A DNA stretch of 64,000 nucleotides from Nitrospirales bacterium (GTDB lineage: Bacteria > Nitrospirota > Nitrospiria > Nitrospirales > UBA8639), in contig CBDBCZ010000019.1 in NCBI GenBank assembly GCA_965203295.1, positions 2,272,001 through 2,336,000 on the forward strand, read 5' to 3'. Positions within the stretch are counted from its first letter, which is position 1; every line of letters begins with the position of its first letter. Shown in pieces: positions 42,684 through 52,513 of the stretch. A program made the position numbers and the translations under genes. The notes under the pieces are model-generated. The model searched no databases and was not told the origin of the DNA. It saw nothing but the letters and a program-made list of their open reading frames with translations.

Positions 42684-43429
42684 TCACGCGGGAAAAACTT
42701 GCTTCCAGTTTTCTTTAAAATGCATCACCGCTTGCTTAATGGCATCATCAGCCGCCACCCCTCGCAAGGTGTCATAGGCATGGGATTCCTCAGAATAGAT
42801 AGGCGCCACTAACTGATCGCGTCTCGCAACAGGGTACACGTTTGATTCTAGTGGCACATTTAAGCGCTCCAATGACGCCCAGGCTTCCCCATCCGCCTGA
42901 ACCAACACCCTCCCTCTTGAAACATCCAACAGTGCGAGTTCTGCTAAAGCATAGTTTTCGGCACGGTAACCCGGGATCGATGCACGGGGACCTCCTCCCT
43001 GCAAGGAACCCTGGAGGGCAAGCGGTCAAAGGCTTCCACTTCATAGCTTGATAAAACAGCTAAGATCAGATGATCGACCTCATAGGTCTTTGCAAGTTCA
43101 CCCAATGCCATCGATCCCTTTTCGTCAAATGGAACAACTTGAACCACTTCAATGGGGAATCCCTTCTCCATTTGGCTTTTAATGTTTTGCGTTAAGGCAA
43201 GAACCACATCGCGAGATAGCGGAGGGCTGATTTTTTCTCCGTTAAATCATTCACCACGAAAAGCCCAACGCGAAAAGCACTCGGAGCCTCCCTTTTTAAG
43301 GAAGAAGACGGTTGGGCGATATTCCCAGATTGCAAGTAAGCGCCCATCTTAGGATTTGGACCTGTTTCGCATACGCTCAGAAGCAACGGAACGAAAAGCA
43401 GAGCAATACCAATTAGGTAATCGTTTCAT
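42684..43429 (-). pseudogene. Frameshifted lipoprotein paralog
   Basis: ORF pieces 43192-43386, 42944-43207 and 42684-43004 join into a paralog of 41963-42682. Confidence 0.7.
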
Positions 43430-43675
43430 GGCCAAACCTCCTGCTAGTGATGTTTCTTCAACTTTTCCTCACCCACATTATCGCGGCTTTGGCCAAAACA
43501 TTTCAAGGCAAAGCATTCATCACGTTTGGTGGAGCCCAACGGCTTTAGCCCAGAAGGCCGGGCAGCCGAGGCCTCCCGCCGCGTTCGGGCTAGAGCTTCA
43601 GCGGCGAGCGCGTAGACAGGTGAACACCGTATCATCTGGTTGCATCAAACCAAAGCATCGGGTAGGCTACAGAGC

Positions 43676-45589
43676 ATGAACTCTTGGTGTTTCAAGGGGT
43701 TGGGTAAGCGATTTTTCCAGGGCACGGCTGTCCTCTGCCTTCTTGCGGGCCTCCTCTCTTGCAAGAATTTTTCCATGCCACGCCTGACTTTTGAGGAAGA
43801 ACCTCAAGTGAAATTGCCCATTTCCGTGGTTTACAAATTCGACCCAAATGTCACTCAAGCTGTCTTGGAAACGGATGCCTGTGGACTACCCTATACGGTC
43901 AACTCTGGGGAACACATCACCCAAGCATTTCTAGAAGTGGGAAAAGAGAGCTTCAACTCGGTCATGGTGAGTCCGCCTGGCCAACAAGCCATTCATGTAT
44001 CAAGCCCCCACGATCTGGTTATTCAGATCCACATGGTTCATCAATCCCTCACCCCTGATGAAAAAATTGGCGACCACGATCAGTACTATATGAATGTCCT
44101 TCTCCAACTTCAGGCCGTCTATTCGACCTCTCAGGGCGCCGACCTCGCAAAATCCCCGCTGACATATCAAGAAAGGCGGAGGGTGTTCACGCCTCAACTG
44201 AGCGGCCAAGAATCTTCCTGTACGACGAGTGTCTTTGATACACTCGTGTATGATGGCGCTGAGCAGTTAGCCAAGGATATGCTGACCACTCTTCCACGGG
44301 TGCTCAAACCACAATCTGTTCCAGGAACCACTGCGCAAACACAACCCCCTCACGCCTCCCCACCCCCGCCCATTAACCTGGGGGCTTCACGGCCTAGTTC
44401 ACCTCCTTCTCTTTCATTCCGCACGATGCTGCAAGATGGGAATGACAATCTGATTTTGGAGGGCGGGGAAAAGGTGGTTCTTCAAGTTCAAACCACAAAC
44501 ACGGGCAATAGCCCTATTCAGTCGGCGGTCGTGAACCTCTCCGGAAATCCAGAAATCATTGGGGCCTTTTCGAGAGCGGCCCCTTTGCCTATTCCACTCG
44601 AGACGCTTCAACCTGGGGAGACCAAAACCACTGAAGTGAGAGGACGATTACCAAACGGTATTCAAGAGGGTCGAGGAGAATTAATTGTGGCCGTGATTCT
44701 ATCCAATGGTGCATCTGCTGGCACTCATAAAATCCTTGCAGCTCTCCAGCCTGGCACACGATCGTCCCAATCCCGTGACACCACGCTTTCTCTCGCTTCC
44801 TCATCAGCTCATAAAAAAGCTGGTGCAAAAGAAAGACAGAGGAAAGTCAAACAAAGGAAAGAAAAGCAACAGGATGAGAGTCCTTACTATGCCCTCGTCG
44901 TGAATGTAAATCGATACCGAGACCCTTGGCCGCAAGCCTCATCGAAATCAAGAGGAAACGCTCAGGCCATCACGGATGTCCTGAAAGGAACGGGCATGTT
45001 TCTCAGCGACCATATTCGAATCCTGAACAATTCCCATGCCACCAAAACCGACATCGAAGAGGCGTTATTTAGTTGGGCACGACCGCGGATAGAGAAAGAC
45101 GGCATATTCTTTCTGTACTTCTCTGGCCAGGCCGTCACGGATATAAAGACGGGTGAGGTATATTTGGTTCCCTACGAAGGGTCTCCCAAAACCTCTGCCA
45201 ACAGGCTCATTTCTCTGAGAATCCTTCAACATTCGTTGGGGAAACTTCAGGGGAAGGTGATTCTCTTATTTTTAGATTCCCCGGTCACACCTCTCATACA
45301 AAGGACTGGACAAATCAGGTATAACGGAAAAAAGCCGCTCCGATGGGGAAGCGGGTTGCCAACAACCGGCCGAAGTCAAGGTGGCCCCGTCATTCAAATT
45401 CGAAGAACCTCCATGTCTTCGGGAAGAGACCCAGTAGAATTGGTATCAGGGTTATTGGGAGGCGCTGATCGTAACCAGGACAATATCGTGACCTTGGGTG
45501 AACTTCTCTACCATGTAAGGAACGTGGCCCAAATCCGACCAATCCAGCCCAGGAATTTCAGGGAAGCGGGTATTCCTCTGTCTCAGTAG
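43676..45589 (+). CDS. Lipoprotein with Ig-like/CARDB-like domain and C-terminal degenerate caspase (C14)-like domain
   Basis: Lipobox LLSC; YALVVNVNRY, AT..I, YFSGQA, YLVPYEG, FLDSP; EF-hand-like ADRNQDNIVTLGEL. Confidence 0.75.
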   Translation: MNSWCFKGLGKRFFQGTAVLCLLAGLLSCKNFSMPRLTFEEEPQVKLPISVVYKFDPNVTQAVLETDACGLPYTVNSGEHITQAFLEVGKESFNSVMVSPPGQQAIHVSSPHDLVIQIHMVHQSLTPDEKIGDHDQYYMNVLLQLQAVYSTSQGADLAKSPLTYQERRRVFTPQLSGQESSCTTSVFDTLVYDGAEQLAKDMLTTLPRVLKPQSVPGTTAQTQPPHASPPPPINLGASRPSSPPSLSFRTMLQDGNDNLILEGGEKVVLQVQTTNTGNSPIQSAVVNLSGNPEIIGAFSRAAPLPIPLETLQPGETKTTEVRGRLPNGIQEGRGELIVAVILSNGASAGTHKILAALQPGTRSSQSRDTTLSLASSSAHKKAGAKERQRKVKQRKEKQQDESPYYALVVNVNRYRDPWPQASSKSRGNAQAITDVLKGTGMFLSDHIRILNNSHATKTDIEEALFSWARPRIEKDGIFFLYFSGQAVTDIKTGEVYLVPYEGSPKTSANRLISLRILQHSLGKLQGKVILLFLDSPVTPLIQRTGQIRYNGKKPLRWGSGLPTTGRSQGGPVIQIRRTSMSSGRDPVELVSGLLGGADRNQDNIVTLGELLYHVRNVAQIRPIQPRNFREAGIPLSQ

Positions 45590-45811
45590 ACCCCCCTGTT
45601 TCCTTCTTCTTTCTTCTTCAAGCAGAACACAAAAGCTGAAGAATCAATAATCATGGAAGAGATCCAGCCCCACGGCTTCAGCTGGCTTCAGCGGTGAGAG
45701 CGAAGGCAGGGAATGTCGCTGACTTGCCAGCTGTAGCCTAAACGTAGGCTAGCAGACTTTTTCAATAAGTCGATAAAGAAAGATGGATCCCCGCCAAACG
45801 TTTAAAAATAA

Positions 45812-45871
45812 AATGGTTTTTGGTCATTTTGCCGAAACAAAAGGACTTCGACTGCCGGGGCGAAACCCGGC
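45812..45871 (-). repeat. Family A element, truncated copy 3
   Basis: ggtcattttgccgaaacaaaaggacttcgactgccggggcgaaacccggc. Confidence 0.85.
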
Positions 45872-45951
45872 CGTGAGGAAGTGTGAACGGGAAACTCGGA
45901 TCTTTAAACTTTAAACGCCAAACCTTAAACTTGAAACTCCTCGATCAAACA

Positions 45952-45993
45952 CAAAAAAATCCCCGCTGAGGGAATTCACTCTCAGCGGGGATT
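45952..45993 (-). terminator. Intrinsic terminator of the porin gene
   Basis: aatccccgctgag / ctcagcggggatt stem followed by a U run. Confidence 0.85.
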
Positions 45994-46029
45994 AGGAATA
46001 ACAGGGAGGAAGAATCCTCCTAAAGATAG

Positions 46030-47562
46030 TTAGAAGTTAATCCAAAGTGAGGTATATCCCCAATCTTCACCAGGGGCATCGCCTGTCGCAGTAGTCTCCA
46101 CATAATCTCCTGGGAAAAAGTGGCCATACCCAGTCTGCCATCCCACTTTATTCTCATGGAAGAAAAGCGTATACACGACATCAATTTCCGATCCAAGATC
46201 ATCTTCGGTATTCCCAGCGGCAGAAGTCATAAAGACACCCTGTCCGGCAGAATACCAATTGTCTGTTTCGGTCTGCAGTTTGAAGATATGTCCAAGGACC
46301 TCGAAATGGCTGTTCTTGGTTGGACGGAGTTGAAGACTGCCGGCGTAGTGCACCATGTTTTTCCACGACATCCTGTCCATATATCCAAAATGGATATGGT
46401 TGGTCGGGAAAAGCTGGCTAAAGGTGTTGTGATTACCATTACACGAGACATTAGTGGCATCTCCGGCACAAACATTGGCATCCCCATCACCCGATGCCAT
46501 ATTAAATTCACCACCGATACGCGGCTGCATCGGAACGGGTAATGTCACACCAGCATCAAAGTGCAATGCGTACGCGTCAATGTCCAAATTCCTGTCTACT
46601 GAGCCAGCTGACGAACCAATGTCCCCAAATTGGTAGTAGCCTTCACCGGTGAAATCAACCATTTTCATTTTTCCGGCAACACGGGCACCAACGGTATGAC
46701 GGGTTTGGTTTGATGGACGGGCAGTAATAACCGAACCACCGGTTCCGCCGGATTCCCATATCCAGACTGGTTCGACCTTGATCCCCATGATGTTCCCAGG
46801 AGCCCGGAGGAACACAATATTGGCTTCACTGGTAGCCGCTGTTGCATTTGGTCCGCAACCGCCACCACTTGTGGCACCGCAATCCCCTTGTGCAGCACTG
46901 ATCCATGAAAATTCTAGAGGCCAGTTTTTAATGCCACTGTACCGTAATGACACAGCATCATGCGCCCAACCAACGTTGTTCCAATCAAAGTGTCCAAACA
47001 AGCGGTGATTTCCCCAGACAATCAATTGTCTTCCTGCTTTCATTGTCAGGTTGGGGACGATCAAATTCCGAATGAGGACGAACCCTTGGCGAACAAACAA
47101 TGATTCGCCCGCGGTTGCATTAGCATCAGTACCTGAACCAACCGCTCCCGCTTTACCCCAGATTTTGGCATATTGGGGTTGGATAAAGAATGACACATCC
47201 GGTGAAATGTCATAGTTGAACCCCAGCCTGATCCACTGTTGAACGAATGAATCATTGTTTTTAATACCCGTTGCAGTATTGGTCGCGTTCCTACCAAATC
47301 TCCCATTGGTCCGGAACTCTGGCCGAACACGTAAGTCACCTGAGATGGTGAGTTTGCTGAGGTCAAAGGCTTTGCTTTTTGGTGGATCAAACTTGTGATA
47401 CGGAATCAAGTCTGGAATATTTCGTGGCACTGCCGACACATTGGTGTTCTTATCCGTAGCCGGCGTTGTTTTCGCTGCAAACACTGAAACGGCTGGCATC
47501 GCTACCAAAAGGGCAGCAGCCGTTAGGCATTTCATTCCGATCGTGAATCCTTTCATGTGCAT
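46030..47562 (-). CDS. Alginate export family outer-membrane porin
   Basis: Signal peptide, G.LRVRPE, AGRQ..VWGNHRL.G..DW, FPTNH, DLGSEID, C-terminal F. Confidence 0.85.
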   Translation of the reverse strand: MHMKGFTIGMKCLTAAALLVAMPAVSVFAAKTTPATDKNTNVSAVPRNIPDLIPYHKFDPPKSKAFDLSKLTISGDLRVRPEFRTNGRFGRNATNTATGIKNNDSFVQQWIRLGFNYDISPDVSFFIQPQYAKIWGKAGAVGSGTDANATAGESLFVRQGFVLIRNLIVPNLTMKAGRQLIVWGNHRLFGHFDWNNVGWAHDAVSLRYSGIKNWPLEFSWISAAQGDCGATSGGGCGPNATAATSEANIVFLRAPGNIMGIKVEPVWIWESGGTGGSVITARPSNQTRHTVGARVAGKMKMVDFTGEGYYQFGDIGSSAGSVDRNLDIDAYALHFDAGVTLPVPMQPRIGGEFNMASGDGDANVCAGDATNVSCNGNHNTFSQLFPTNHIHFGYMDRMSWKNMVHYAGSLQLRPTKNSHFEVLGHIFKLQTETDNWYSAGQGVFMTSAAGNTEDDLGSEIDVVYTLFFHENKVGWQTGYGHFFPGDYVETTATGDAPGEDWGYTSLWINF

Positions 47563-47703
47563 TCCTCCTGTTGATGAGTTCCCAAATAGCGGTCAACTGA
47601 GGATGGATTCGCATGTTCCTCATACCGCTGCCCCATAATCTTTCTTCCTTTCACTTTTCTTCCTCTTCTGCTTTTTCGCTTCTCGTCCACATAAATATTT
47701 ATT

Positions 47704-47749
47704 AGCAAAAGTCATGCCATAACCACTTGGAAATCATAAATACTTGATT
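47704..47749 (-). promoter_or_regulatory. sigma54 promoter with IHF site for the porin
   Basis: TGGCAT-GACTT-TTGCT at 47719-47704; AATCAAGTATTTA at 47749-47737. Confidence 0.8.
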
Positions 47750-47928
47750 CTTAAAAAATTATCAATGAAAAATTTTCATCAACCCAAATAAACTGTTGCA
47801 AAAATGATTCACTGTTATACATCAGATCGATGCGTTTTTACGACGGTTTGAGGCCTACATCCTTAATCTTCTTTCATCAAGGTTTTTTCTTCAATCTGAC
47901 AGGTATCATTCTTCTTCAAATCTTTGCG

Positions 47929-48219
47929 CTACCTTGACTTGATCTCGTCTTTGACGCCCGTGGCCGCATCCCCTGCACCTTTTATGGATTCTTCGGCTTC
48001 TTTCATAGAAGACTCTAAATCCTGCTCTACCATTTTTACTTCTTGTTGAATCATATTGATCTCCGGCTCAACGGACTGACGAAGATCATCTGCCGTTTCT
48101 TTAAAGCCTTTCACGGCTTTGCCTACTTGCCGTCCTATTTCTGGAAGTTCCTTGGGACCAAACAAGAGGAAGGCAATAATCAAAATGATCAGTATCTCCA
48201 TTCCCCCAAGGCCAAACAT
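47929..48219 (-). CDS. TatA/TatB family translocase subunit
   Basis: MFGLG..E...LLFGPKELPEIGR..GKA...FK. Confidence 0.88.
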   Translation of the reverse strand: MFGLGGMEILIILIIAFLLFGPKELPEIGRQVGKAVKGFKETADDLRQSVEPEINMIQQEVKMVEQDLESSMKEAEESIKGAGDAATGVKDEIKSR

Positions 48220-48352
48220 GATTTATTTTCCTCAAGCAGGAATAGTGAAGTGAGACCACCAAACGGCTTTTCTCACGCAACACGTTTCATCTCAATTGGT
48301 TGCCTGAACAATTGAACTCGTTAGAATCTTTAGTATCTATTGGATTTCGACA

Positions 48353-48679
48353 CTAGCCCTGCGCTGGTGGTGGAGGCGGCTGTTGCCCTTGTGGTTCTTG
48401 TGCTCCTCCTTGAACAGGAGACCCCACATGAACTTGCCCTTCAGGCGCCTGTGCCGTCTGTTGCTCTTGTAGTTGGTCCGGCATCGGTTGTTGGGCGTAT
48501 ACAGGCTCACTTGGTGGCGGAGTGACATCCATGGCCTCCGGTTCGTTCACCGACTTTTTAAAACCCTTAATGGCTTTTCCGAGTCCTTCACCAAGCTGGG
48601 GAATCTTCCCCGCCCCAAAAATAATCAGGACGATGAACAGAATCAGTAACAGCTCCATCCACCCAAATGATCCAATCAT
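48353..48679 (-). CDS. tatA: TatA/E translocase subunit
   Basis: ELLLI...[20 protein letters not shown]. Confidence 0.9.
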   Translation of the reverse strand: MIGSFGWMELLLILFIVLIIFGAGKIPQLGEGLGKAIKGFKKSVNEPEAMDVTPPPSEPVYAQQPMPDQLQEQQTAQAPEGQVHVGSPVQGGAQEPQGQQPPPPPAQG

Positions 48680-48825
48680 GCCAAACCCCTTTGTCTCAAA
48701 CTAACCTCACATTATTCCAAACAGAATGCAGTATACTTAGAGAATTTCTAGAAATCCACTCCCAATTCATAAAAATTAGAAAAGGCCCTACATCGCCTCA
48801 TCTTCCTGAAACTTGATACTTCTGC

Positions 48826-50316
48826 TTATACCGTGTGGCCAAAGTAAAAATGATAATAATCAATAGATTGTGGTGGGGCCATAAAGGCCGCCTGAATTCC
48901 TTCTCGGGAGTAGCCCAACTGTTCAAGGTTTTCCATAACGCCAAATACGTCATCCTCCGTCAGATAGGCTATCGTATCGGGCACACCATTTTGCTTCATG
49001 GATGAAACAAGTTTCTGTAATTCCTCAGTGCTGTCAGCCGGGGTAGCAGGATCCAAAGGGAATTCAATGTGTCGCTGATAGGGACTTTCAACACGTTCAT
49101 TGACTGCTTGAAGAGTTTTCAAAATCAGACGATCTATTTCCCATTGCCCCCCTGTTGGGAGTCCAGGATGAGAGGCCAACAAATCCATCAGGCTCATCAC
49201 GTTCGTTTTTAAATTTCTCCCTACAAATTCTTTTTGTGGTTCTATGCTCGGCTGACTAGCTCCCACTTGATTGGCTACTTTCTCCAGAAACGGGAAATTC
49301 ACCATAAAACTAAATTGTCCGCCATGGAGACCATAACAGGGTTTTTCAGCGTCATTGAGCACAAACCAATCCGTCGTTCCTGCATCGAAACTGCTGAACC
49401 CGATTCCATCTGGAGCAAGAAGGCGTTGGGCTTCTTTCAATGAATGGGCAGCTCCCAGATTCACCGGCACTAAGATTTCTTCATCAACTTGTTTGAGAAA
49501 GTCTGTGACAAGCCGACGAAAAGGAAGATCCTTTCCCTCAACTTTGTGATACTCCCGTTCCCACAAAATATCGTCCAAGAAATGAGGGAACCCTTGTAAC
49601 GCTTGGCTGTCTGCTTGAAGAAACGCATTGACAAACCCCGACCAATCTGGGAATTCTGAGAGGCGGCTTTCTTTTAAGTTAGGCCGGAGGTGTTCTTCCT
49701 GTAGCTCGGTTCCTTTCCGCAAAATCAGTTTTGTTGACAATTCGTTCCAGAGCTCATTGCAGAAAATTCGGTCCACGCTCCCATCAGGAAACGCTTTTAA
49801 CTCCTCGACCTGTGCCTTGGAAAAGCTCATACGATCCTGGTGTTTCGCAAGATCAAGATTAGCCTTGGCTCCTTGAAGCACAGAGTCCTCAACATCAATC
49901 AGCACATAATGAATTCGAGGGTAAATGGTCCCCTCTTGGTCAAGCTCCTTGACGTGATCCAAAAAACAGGCTGCTAAATTTCCATTACCGCACCCCCATT
50001 CCATTATAGTTAGAGGACTTGAGATATCAACATGCCCTGAATGGCCTTTGTCTGGAGCATGACCTGTTTTGGCAATGGTCTTCGCCTTTTTCTGTTCCCG
50101 TGCTTTGACCCAATCCACATAATCAGCCGCCAAGGCATAGGCTAGGCGATAATCAGCCGCGGCAAACGTTTGGTAATACTTCCTGACTTGGTGCCCTCGA
50201 AGCCCATAGAACACGCGGTTCATATGCCCCTGCCAGACATCAACCGGAGAAAACTCGCCAATGATTTGAGGAAGCACCTCATCCTGGGATCTGGTTTCAA
50301 CGGACATTTTTTCCAC
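48826..50316 (-). CDS. SAM-dependent methyltransferase (MidA/NDUFAF7-like)
   Basis: MEWGCGNG.LA, Y.LID, FCNELW. Confidence 0.75.
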   Translation of the reverse strand: MEKMSVETRSQDEVLPQIIGEFSPVDVWQGHMNRVFYGLRGHQVRKYYQTFAAADYRLAYALAADYVDWVKAREQKKAKTIAKTGHAPDKGHSGHVDISSPLTIMEWGCGNGNLAACFLDHVKELDQEGTIYPRIHYVLIDVEDSVLQGAKANLDLAKHQDRMSFSKAQVEELKAFPDGSVDRIFCNELWNELSTKLILRKGTELQEEHLRPNLKESRLSEFPDWSGFVNAFLQADSQALQGFPHFLDDILWEREYHKVEGKDLPFRRLVTDFLKQVDEEILVPVNLGAAHSLKEAQRLLAPDGIGFSSFDAGTTDWFVLNDAEKPCYGLHGGQFSFMVNFPFLEKVANQVGASQPSIEPQKEFVGRNLKTNVMSLMDLLASHPGLPTGGQWEIDRLILKTLQAVNERVESPYQRHIEFPLDPATPADSTEELQKLVSSMKQNGVPDTIAYLTEDDVFGVMENLEQLGYSREGIQAAFMAPPQSIDYYHFYFGHTV

Positions 50317-50487
50317 CTACGTTAATAAAAGCTGCTCCCCATATTGTTATGATCGCAGGCTTAGATAGACCAAGCGCGATTACCTTATGAGAGCGAAATA
50401 CTAACAGACCAATTTTCTATCCCGCAAGGGAACGAGCGATAGATTGACAGGATGCTCATACAAGAGTTAGAGAAAACCAATGAGAAT

Positions 50488-50611
50488 GGGGATGTTGAAA
50501 AAGGACGTCAGCGGCGTTCTCGTGGCTCGGAGTCCTCAACGTACTTAACTTGTACGCCTCGTCCTCCTCGCTGCCTGCGGCCTTGCTGAGCAACCCTTTT
50601 TGAACATCCCC
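50488..50611. mobile_element. Family C MITE-like element
   Basis: TIRs ggggatgttgaaaaagg / cctttttgaacatcccc; inverted homolog of 37663-37852. Confidence 0.75.
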
Positions 50612-50752
50612 TGTTGCTCTTGGAGGTTGATCAGATAAATCACATGTGACCGCCACTATGAGAATTTTTCAATTATTCAACACTCCCAGAATTGAAGATT
50701 ATAGAATGCGGTTTCTCACCAATGTCATACCAAATCTTCGGTTGCTTGTCTC

Positions 50753-51412
50753 GTGAAAGACCATCAACTCGCTTCCTTTTCCATGAGGATTTTCTTGTTA
50801 GTAGGCCTGCTCCTGTTTTGGGCACCCTCTAGTGGATTCGCGGATGACTCTCAGCCATCCCAAGGAGGCTTGAGCCCCGAGGAAAATCTTCATGGGTATT
50901 CCGATTTTGAATCTCTTCCGATCATTCCCCAAGACTCGTCTCCGGATTCCCACCTCCATCAACCATTTCCGGATACCTCGTATTCCACTGACGAATCCCC
51001 CAAAGGCCTCTTTCTGAATATTACAATGGCCAAAGGATTCGAAGAAGACATGGAGTTCCGGCGGAATAATGTCTATTATCCGGTGGATCCTACAGAAGTC
51101 TTTACCACCGATGCGTTGGCTGTATTTTTGGTGTTTCGGGTTTTTAAACATTATGCTCCTTATCAGATCATCGGCCGTCTGTATGCGGAAGATATCAAGG
51201 AGATCGAAGATCCAGAATGGTTTGACGAAGATGGGGTCTATTTGGCAACCGAAGATGAAAGCGGATACCTCAAATTCTTCCCCCCTCCTACAGGGTGGCA
51301 ATCTGGAAAGTATCGCGTCGAAGTGTACCTGGGATATGAAGTCAGTTCTGTAAATCGGATGGGAACGATGCGCTTTTCGATGAATGACCCTGTTTCCAAG
51401 AATGATAATTAG
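50753..51412 (+). CDS. Hypothetical exported protein (Ig-like C-terminus)
   Basis: Signal peptide; GWQSGKYRVEVY. Confidence 0.7.
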   Translation: MKDHQLASFSMRIFLLVGLLLFWAPSSGFADDSQPSQGGLSPEENLHGYSDFESLPIIPQDSSPDSHLHQPFPDTSYSTDESPKGLFLNITMAKGFEEDMEFRRNNVYYPVDPTEVFTTDALAVFLVFRVFKHYAPYQIIGRLYAEDIKEIEDPEWFDEDGVYLATEDESGYLKFFPPPTGWQSGKYRVEVYLGYEVSSVNRMGTMRFSMNDPVSKNDN

Positions 51413-51624
51413 CCCGACAGTAGAGTTTCTGCGTGATCATCATGATGAGATCTTCTCCGCAAATTGTTTGACCCTTCTTTAACTAATCAGTAAAATGGTC
51501 TGGTAATCGAACTCATAGACTTTTCCCTCTCCTACGAGTTGACCAAATACCGCACAATTTTCTTTAAAGAACTGATGCTCGTTCCGTTCGTCTTCCAGTC
51601 TTCACTTTCAGGAACATTCTCTTC

Positions 51625-52377
51625 ATGAGTCAAAACCTCACACCGTGGATCTCTGTCGTGATTCCGATAAAGGATGAGCGCGATAATCTCCACCCGTTAA
51701 CCACCCAACTCCAGAAAGTCCTCAGCACACGTGAAGAGACCAAAGAGGCTACCTTTGAAATCATTTATGTCAATGATGGCAGTACTGATGGAAGCGAGGC
51801 CATTCTTTCTAGTCTTTCCAAGGAATACCAAGAAGTTCGGGTCGTCCATTTTGACCAAAACTACGGGCAAACAGCCGGGTTCATAGCTGGGTTTCACCAT
51901 GCCCGTGGCAACCTGATTGTGACGTTGGACGGGGATTTGCAATATGATCCAGCCGATATTGCCAAACTCCTTCCTTTTACTTCTCAATACGATCTTGTGT
52001 GTGGCCGCCGTCAAAAACGAACTGATCATCTTATCCGAAAGCTCTCTTCGCGTCTTGCCTTTTTCGTACGGAATGCGGTCATTCATGACGGAATTCACGA
52101 CACAGGATGTTCACTGAAAATCTTCCAGCGACGCGTGTTTGCGATCATTCCCCCTTTCAAGGGAATGCATCGGTTTTTTCCTGCTCTTGCGCAAATGCAT
52201 GGATTTTCCGTGAAGGAGGTTCTCGTCCAACATTTCTCGAGGGCTCACGGATATTCCAAGTACGGGGTTGGCAATCGGTTGTTCGCGGGCTTGTACGATC
52301 TCATCGCCGTACGGTGGATGCAAAAACGATATGTTCAGTACCACGTTAAGAATCTGGACGGCTCTGGAAAAGAATAA
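51625..52377 (+). CDS. GT2 polyprenyl-phosphate glycosyltransferase (ArnC/RgtE-like)
   Basis: SVVIP..DE, VNDGSTD, NYGQ, LDGDLQYDP, DTGCSLK, HRF.P. Confidence 0.9.
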   Translation: MSQNLTPWISVVIPIKDERDNLHPLTTQLQKVLSTREETKEATFEIIYVNDGSTDGSEAILSSLSKEYQEVRVVHFDQNYGQTAGFIAGFHHARGNLIVTLDGDLQYDPADIAKLLPFTSQYDLVCGRRQKRTDHLIRKLSSRLAFFVRNAVIHDGIHDTGCSLKIFQRRVFAIIPPFKGMHRFFPALAQMHGFSVKEVLVQHFSRAHGYSKYGVGNRLFAGLYDLIAVRWMQKRYVQYHVKNLDGSGKE

Positions 52378-52513
52378 ACTACGTTTTGGGTTTAAAGTTT
52401 CGGGTTAAAAACTTCAATTTTCTATTTTTCGTTGTGGTTAAAGCTTTTTCAGTTTCTGTAGCTGGTAAAAGAAACGTAATTCCCTACTCCAAACTTGAAA
52501 CTTTCAAATCTTT

